64,000 bases of DNA from Octopus vulgaris (lineage: Eukaryota). Each line of letters opens with the position of its first letter. The stretch's first letter is position 1. The notes beneath the pieces are model-generated. The model worked only from the letters and a program-made list of their open reading frames with translations. It was not told where the DNA came from and made no database searches. The position numbers and the translations under genes were made by a program. Location: NCBI GenBank assembly GCA_951406725.2, contig OX597820.1, positions 77,004,001-77,068,000 of the forward strand. Reading direction: 5' to 3'. This document shows positions 56,079 to 64,000 of this stretch, in pieces.

Positions 56079-59000
56079 TGTATGTATGTATGTATGTATG
56101 TATGTATGTATGTTTGTGTGTGCAAGGTGGCCAGTCTGCAAAATCACTACTGTGAGACGCCTTCCCTGTGGCTGTTTATGCCTTGTGTTCAAACTCTGTC
56201 GAAATCAATTTATTTCCCATAATAACTGGAAACTAGTCTTCTCTGTGCCTTTATTTCTATTTCTGTCCTTCATTCGGTTTGGAAAAAGAAAACCTGTCGG
56301 AGGTCAAATCCCGAGAAGAATGCGTACCCCAGGGAGAAGAGTAGGTAGCGCAAGAATGGGTACACATGATATATTGTCAGCGCCCTTACGACTTCACGAT
56401 AAGCAGATGAAGATCAATGAAAATGTACCGGGATAAGAGACGTTCTAGCGTCAATATACAATATATTCGATTAATCTGATTGTGGCGGTTTTTCTGTTTC
56501 AACACTGCCTATTAACTCAAAACTGTTCATAAAAAGAATAATACTATAAACTATGTATAATGATTGGCTGACTAAAAACGATTATTACTAAAAAAAAAAA
56601 TGCTTTTTACACACGCAAAAGAATATAAGTTAGAAATAATGACATTAAGTTGTTTGATGTCTTACAAGAAGCTATAATGGAGAAGATTTATCTAAGCTTA
56701 ATGATATATTTTACTTTTATTATTAAAGATTCTCAATTCTCTACGCAGTTATTTTTAACATGATGGTGTTTTATTTCACGTCATTCGACCCGTAATGAAA
56801 AGAATATAGTTTTATACAAAAGCTTATATTATGATTTAGGTCTAAACATTATGCTTGGTTCTATTCTTAGTTTCATTCATATACCAGATATGACTTTAAA
56901 TGTTGTTAGGAACTTTGCTTTTATTTTAAATTGATTGAAGTTTACTGAATTTTAGGAAAACCCCAACTCTACCATCTCCCCACAGTTACAGTTTTAAGCG
57001 ATAATTGCGAACTAGGGTATTTTCCAAAGAATTGCTGGTGTTATAGTGATTCACAAAGATTTTAACAATAAATTAATAGATCGATGCGTGAAAGGCAATA
57101 TATTTTTCCATCAAACATTACACCTTTCTGTCTATATAAATCGTTTAAGTTTAGTATGTGCACATATACCTTGCATATCAAATCTTAAATAAAAATGGCG
57201 ATAAATTAAATTACCGTTCAACGATTAACATCTAAACATCAAAAGGAATATAAATAGTATGATGCATGCTCAAACACATAGGTTAATCTAATTCTCTTAG
57301 CGCAATTTTAATATCCTTGTTTATAGCGTCTTTAAGAGTCTTTTTCAAAAGCATTAGTTTATCATGATAACTTTTTATTGTCAAAATATGTATATAATAC
57401 CCAAAACCTAAATCAGTTCTACTAAGAAGGCTTTCAAGCATGATATTTCCAGTGTATTCTCATATAAAAAAAACCCAGACATTTTTAATACTTTTAAGGA
57501 ATCTATAATCATGATTATTAACAACATTGGCATTTGAAGAGAAAATAGTTCTTCGGTAATAAGAAAGAGCGGTCTATTGTTGGCGATGCATTCCTCTGGT
57601 CGCATATTATCAAGCCAAGTAACTTTTCGCTTTTATCCTTACATATTGTTCACTGCAAATATTGCAGTTGTAAGACGTTATACACATATCACGCTCATGA
57701 AATCTTCCCGGCACACAGAAAAGACTTACTTCAGATTTTACACGGTTTTATATTAAAATTTACACCCGTTTTCACAGATATTTGCAAATCATTTCAAGCA
57801 TGCAGTTTTTTTTTTGTTACAATAATCGCCCGAGTATGAAAACGTGTAAATGAAAGTAATAATTATAAACTTTGAATGGTAATATATTAATAATATAGTC
57901 CTTTCTACCGACAGGTTTCTCTCTCTGGCTTACATACACATGTAGCCACTTGTCTTTCTCTCCCCCAGTTTTACACCATCACTCACTGTTTTACTTTCTT
58001 TTGCTAATACGTGTATGCAGACGTGTGTATATAAACATGTCTACAGTTAGGATTATAACATCTACATGTATTGTTCAGGAATGTTATGAATATAACAAAC
58101 ACTTAGATGTTGGCATGGATAGTGCAGAACACCTTATATATGAGGTATGGGTGACGCGGAAGGATGTGTTATTCGGAAATTACTGTAACATTTTAAGAGT
58201 ATAGTTGCACTCAAGTATCGTGTAAATAAGGAAATCGAAGTAATAAATATGTTCCGACACTAATTAATTTTATGCAAATTACTATTTGTTATAGTGTAAT
58301 AATTAGATGAGAAATGTCTGTGCTCTAGTACTAGAATGGAGTCATTATGTTTGAAATATAGTAACTGTTGTCGACTTTTGCAAAACACCTCGGCAAAATT
58401 CAGTTTGAAATATTTGCTTGTTTAATAAGTTACAATTAGTTGTAAAAATACAATGTACAAGAGCAGTCTTGTACATAGTATTCAACCTAAGCTTATTAAA
58501 ATGGCGTACACACTTTCTATTCTAGAATAAAAAGTAAAGATAATAAATAAAGAATAGAATACTGGAATATTCATGAAACATTTCAGCAATTGTTTCGTAA
58601 CTGCTATGTATATGAATAAGAAATTTTGTTTTGTACATGATACCGTTATTTGTAGAACTAGGCTCTCTGCACGGACTGGAATTTTCAAATTCCATGTGTG
58701 TGCGTTTGTGTGTGTGTATGCTTGTATGTGTGCATGTATGTGGCATTGTAAAATAAATAATTTAAATGAAGTACTAAATTAGTGACCGAACATTTAGAAA
58801 CACGAGATTAATTGTTTGAGGCCAAATTCATCGACAACTGGATAAGTGCTGCTACTCATTTCATTACGTTTTGACAATCAGGCAATTTTCCGGTGAAATT
58901 TTAGGAAAGAGTTACAAACAGCAATTTCTTGCATTTTGCTTTGTTTTACGCACTTACGTTTCAATAGTCACTTAAAATGAACTAATATTTTGGTTAATTT

Positions 59001-59674
59001 CCAGCATTTCTTCACAATTCTTTAAACGATATAGCTATTATTGAATCTATGATTCTTTCAGAATGGCTACCACATCGCTGTTTAGATAAATTGAATGAAA
59101 ATGTAATTTAGTCAACTTAATAACCAATCTCAATCTGAGGAAGCGTAACGTGAAACGTTTTTTGTGAATGAAAGTTTTAAAAAGAATCATGATTTTGTCC
59201 CCCACTAAAATTGGATGTTGAGCTAGATCGCAGACCACTGCGTTATGTACTATAGGAGGTCTCTCGAATAGACATGTGATGCATAAAAGCCCACGTGCAG
59301 TATTATGTGACCTGATACAACATCCAGTTATAGTAGCAGATAAATATTACATTTTCGTATTAATCCTGTTTCTGTAGATGTTGAATAATTGTATGTACAT
59401 TTTTAACAACATAGAAATGAAAAAACTTAGATTGATTTTAATCTATGTAACAATAAAATATAAATGGATTTCAGATATTTTAATAATAATAGATCCTATT
59501 GATTACATGGGTTTCTCTCAATATATAATGTCATTGTATGTAGATATGGAGATCTGATTCCTTTATATTCTTCCTTTACTTATGTCGGATTCTCTAATGC
59601 ACATATTGCATGAGAGAAATCTGTTAACTTCACAGCATTACTTGTATTACTTATCTAATATATACAAATTATAG

Positions 59675-60468
59675 GGTGGCGAGCTGGCAGAAACGTTAGC
59701 ACGCAGCGAGAAATGCTTAGCGGTATTTCGTCTGCCGCTACGTTCTGAGTTCAAATTCCGCCGAGGTCGAATTTGCCTTTCATCCTTTCGAGGTCGATTA
59801 AATAAGTACCAGTTACGCACTGGAGTCGATATAATCGACTTAAGCCGTTTGTCTGTCCTTGTTTGTCCTCTCTGCGTTTAGCCCCTTGTGGGTAGCAAGA
59901 AATAGGTATTTTGTTTGTCTTTACGTTCTGAGATCAAATTCCGCCAGGGTCGACTTTGCCTTTCATCCTTTCGGTGACAATAAATTAAGTACCAGTTGTG
60001 TACTGGGGTAAATCTACTCGATTGGCCCCCTCCTCCAAAATTTCGGTCCTTGTGCCTAGAGTAGAAAAGTATATAAAGGCGGTGAGCTGGCAGAAACGTT
60101 AGCACGCCGCGCGAAATGCTTAGCGGTACTTCGCCTGCAGCTAAGTTCTGAGTTCAAATTCTGCCGAGGTCGACTTTGCCTTTCATCCTTTTGGGGTTAA
60201 TAAATTAAGTACCAATTGCGCATTGAGGTCGATGTAATCGACTTAATCCATTTGCTTGTCCTTGTTTTTCCCCTCTGTGTTTAGCCTCTTGTGGGTAGTA
60301 AAGAAAGAGGTATTTCGTATATCTTTACGTTCTGAGTTCAAATTCCGCTATTCTACAGTTCATCTTTCCGGGTCGATAAATTAAGTACCAGATGCGTACT
60401 GGCATCGATCTAGTCGACTGGCCCCCTCTCCAAAATTTTCTGCCCTTGTGTCAAGAGTAAAAAAGAAT
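59675..60468 (+). mobile_element. Two tandem dimeric SINE A copies (A-B-A-B)
   Basis: Heads at 59675 and 60078. Each full monomer is followed by a headless monomer ending GAGTA.AAAAG. Confidence 0.92.
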
Positions 60469-60528
60469 ATATACAACATATAGGAAGGAAATATTTTCAC
60501 TCAACAACTTATCAATGATTGTTAAATT

Positions 60529-60796
60529 CAGTGGTTCTCAACCACTTTATATCTACGAACACCTTTGGTTTCTTTTTTTTTTTATTCGGCTGAACAATGA
60601 AACCCACTCCATGTTTAAAAATCTTGTTGTCTGTTTATAATTAAATATGATAAGAATTATATAAAAATATAAAAAATATATTGTATAATGTATATTTTGT
60701 ATATTGCAACGTATTTTGTATGTTGCACAATATTTTTAACAAAAACATTTTCTGTAGTTCGCCAAAGCTCACATCGGCCCCAGCTGAGAAGCATTG
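60529..60796. mobile_element. hAT (Charlie/Buster-type) MITE
   Basis: Ends CAGTGGTTCTCAAC / GCTGAGAAGCATTG; degenerate TSD GTTAAATT/GTTTGATT. Confidence 0.7.
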
Positions 60797-61528
60797 GTTT
60801 GATTATTTTATACCTATCCATTGTTAGAATGAAATGCTTCAATTTAATTCAAGATAATATGTGTTTATAAAATAAAATAAACAACTCTGCATATAATACG
60901 TTATTTCAAAGATTTTCAGACAAGAATGTTTCCACACAGTTCCGTACTTGAGTTATGATACTATTGTTGTTTTTGCTTCCATTGGAATGGAACTAATTCG
61001 AAACATTACATGCGCATGGTCGGAGGTAAAAGTCTCGGAAGAAAGTCGTTGTGGTTGTGTTGTCGATAAAATATATAAATACACTGATTCGTAATCCTCG
61101 CATTTGTAATGATACTACATTTATTTTAGAAGCATAAATATTTTCTTTTTTTCAAGAAAATATCAATTACGTGTGCAAATAGTCACTTATAAAACAGTGC
61201 TTGGCACGTTTATCTCATATTCAGAAAATAACATTCGAAAACATTTCATTTCACCTAAAGACATTGTGGTGAAAACTCTACTAACTTACGTTGAATGTTA
61301 CAATAATCAGTTTTATTCGCACGTCTGACATTCAAGCTGTAACGAGAATTCTTTATTTTTTATAGTTTTTAAAAATTTTGTTTGATGATCTTAATGCATA
61401 TACATACTGGACAGCACTAAACAAATTTGATTGCCGCGAAATTGATTCTATTTCTCTTTGACCCAACATTGTCAGAAATAATAATTCCATACCAATAACT
61501 TATATAACACATGCAAACACACACACAA

Positions 61529-61562
<34 letters not shown>

Positions 61563-61827
61563 CACATACATATATGGATATACCTACATACATACATACA
61601 TACATACATACATACATTTGTGCGTGCGTGTGCGTGAGTTTTAAAACGTCTTCAGGGATAGACCCTTAATGAAACTGCAGCGACTAGAATGCCTAATTGC
61701 ATACGGAGTAATGTGTAGTTGCTGCAATTGACACATATGATTGTGGTTATTATATATGCTGTTGAAATCGTTTTTAATAAAAAAGACTTGGATGTGAATA
61801 AATCTCCACTCTCCTCTTCGTTTTCAA

Positions 61828-61866
<39 letters not shown>

Positions 61867-62095
61867 CTATTATGCAAAAATGTCGTAACGAAAAAAATAT
61901 TTCCACCATTCCATAGCAAAACCGTTGCACAACATATTTACAACATTTGATATCTTGGCGTCTGAAGCAGCTGGTGATACGATAGATCGACCAACAGAAT
62001 CAGCTATGGCAAGCAAAATGAGTAAAAAAAGAAAACGCATTTGACCAATATATATATATATATATATCCACACACATACGTGCATACATACATAC

Positions 62096-62189
<94 letters not shown>

Positions 62190-62267
62190 ATATTAGGGAA
62201 TAAATCCAAATTTACAAGGAAAATCAGATTTAGGATTGAATCCAATTTTATAGTAAAATAATATATA

Positions 62268-62435
62268 ATATTAATTAGAGACAAAACCACTATTTTGCAA
62301 ATCAAACAAAGAAAGACTTAATCCAATACATAAAAAAATTTTAATATAAATTAAATAAATTTATATTAAAATTTTTTTATGTATTGGATTAAGTCTTGCT
62401 TTGTTTGATTTGCAAAATAGTGGTTTTGTCTCTAA

Positions 62436-62442
<7 letters not shown>
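62268..62442. repeat. Near-perfect DNA palindrome, 85-bp arms, 5-nt loop
   Basis: 62268-62352 vs 62358-62442, one mismatch seen; part of a (TA)n-flanked element starting near 62176. Confidence 0.95.
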
Positions 62443-62517
<75 letters not shown>

Positions 62518-62530
62518 TGTATATATATAT

Positions 62531-62582
62531 ATGCCATAGTGAAGACCTGACAGCTTTTATTGATTCATTAGATGTGCAGAGT

Positions 62583-62637
<55 letters not shown>

Positions 62638-62700
62638 TACAAATTGTTACTCTGCACATCTAATGAATCAATAAAAACTGTCAGGTTTTCACTATGGCAT
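62531..62700. repeat. Inverted repeat, 56-bp arms around a (TA)n spacer
   Basis: 62531-62586 vs 62645-62700, two mismatches. Confidence 0.95.
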
Positions 62701-63155
62701 TCTTAGATATATGAGTGTCAGAATAAATAGAGAAGAGTCATTATAAATATTGAAGGGAATTTTTAATGAAATTGGCCATCTACGCATTCATGCTTGCGTT
62801 CTAGACAAGGTTATACCCGTCCCTTATCATCACTTATGAACTAGTTATGTTAAAAAATTGCGATGTGTAATGTAGGTACACACCAGGAAAAGTTTTACTC
62901 CTTGTAGCTAATATTGGTCGATGAGGAATACTCGTCCCAGCATGTGAGTTGCTGTGTATACACGCCACTGACGAAGAGTTAAATAGGCAGAAATTTATCT
63001 TTTGGTCTCCTTGGTGGTTATAGAACTCTTTGTTGTTGCAGCAGGTACATAACTCACATCAACTCACTATGAAAATAGCTGTAACTCACTTAATAACGGT
63101 GCATATATATAATCATATATTTATGTGTGTGTGTAATTATATATACACAAATTAA

Positions 63156-63206
<51 letters not shown>

Positions 63207-63468
63207 GTATGTATGTATGTATGTATATCTTGATATATAAAACGGCGTGTGTGTGTGTGTGTGTGTGCAAGAGTGTGTGTTATTGTGCGCGTATATGTGC
63301 GTATGTGTGCGTGTGTTGTGTTTATGTGTAAACGCGTATATTCCTTATTGATTCGTAAATTGAATTGCCGATTTTGACGTACAAGGTATCAAAAGTTTCA
63401 GAAATATCTCGACTACAAAATAAAGAATGTTACAATCAGTTATAGCAGTGACTCGATCAATTCCTAGC

Positions 63469-63510
63469 GGTATCTGAAGAAGGAATTTTTATATTCTGAA
63501 ATATCATATC
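63469..63510 (+). ncRNA. Minimal type I hammerhead ribozyme motif, intact core
   Basis: GGTAT-CTGAAGA-A-GGAAT(TTTTAT)ATTCT-GAAA-TA-TC^ATATC: stem I, canonical core, stem II and palindromic ATAT helix III. Confidence 0.65.
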
Positions 63511-63655
63511 AGACTATAAATAATTAAATTATAAGTTATTATAGTTAACTCTGCATTGTTGTTCCCTTCAATACACGTTATATTTCACAAACACACACAC
63601 ACACACGCGTGCGCGCATATATATATATATGCATATATATATATATATATGTATG

Positions 63656-63687
<32 letters not shown>

Positions 63688-64000
63688 ACGTCTTATCCAT
63701 TTGTCTGATTATTTTCCAATAGATCCTGGTGTCAATCACCCAAGGTCTTACCTGAAGTTATGCTCCATTGAAATATTTAGGCCGTACTGAAAGACGACAA
63801 GGTATATACAAATATGTAAACAAATTTTAAATATTGTTAAAAGCCACAAATGGTATACATCTTAATAAGATAACATACGACAGTTAAGATATATTTTTTT
63901 ATATTTGTCTAATCATCCTATGACATTTATTAACTTACTGAAATATAACGAGAATATTTATATCTAAGATGTTAGTACTAGATTTATGATAATTGAGTAA

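Noticed and set aside
61870-62040. Signal-peptide-like [15 protein letters not shown] on the minus strand
   Set aside because: Sits between TA arrays, arises from an A-rich tract, and has no recognisable domain or supporting exons.

Overview
AT-rich, microsatellite-saturated eukaryotic non-coding DNA. The repeat families point to an Octopus (cephalopod) genome; this is an inference. No intact host protein-coding gene is supportable, and most ORF-track entries are (TA)n/(CA)n artefacts. The window is a transposon graveyard. It holds two full-length frameshifted mariners, a further degraded near-full-length copy, a deleted copy and fragments; a DD37D/maT relic; hAT (Buster/Charlie) pieces; two degraded Helitron helicase relics plus a non-autonomous Helitron-like element; RLE-LINE and RTE fragments; a Penelope GIY-YIG relic; and three tRNA-derived SINE families. 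Most interesting is a set of short elements in or beside (TA)n arrays that look like Penelope pseudo-LTRs. They carry minimal hammerhead ribozyme motifs with palindromic helix III (intact cores at 63469-63510 and 19130-19216) and are often folded back into long DNA hairpins. One related family, present as two diverged copies (4440-4581 and 50804-50949), instead carries a covariation-supported pseudoknotted RNA fold that I cannot assign to a known class. All structures and alignments were read by eye, and many boundaries are approximate.
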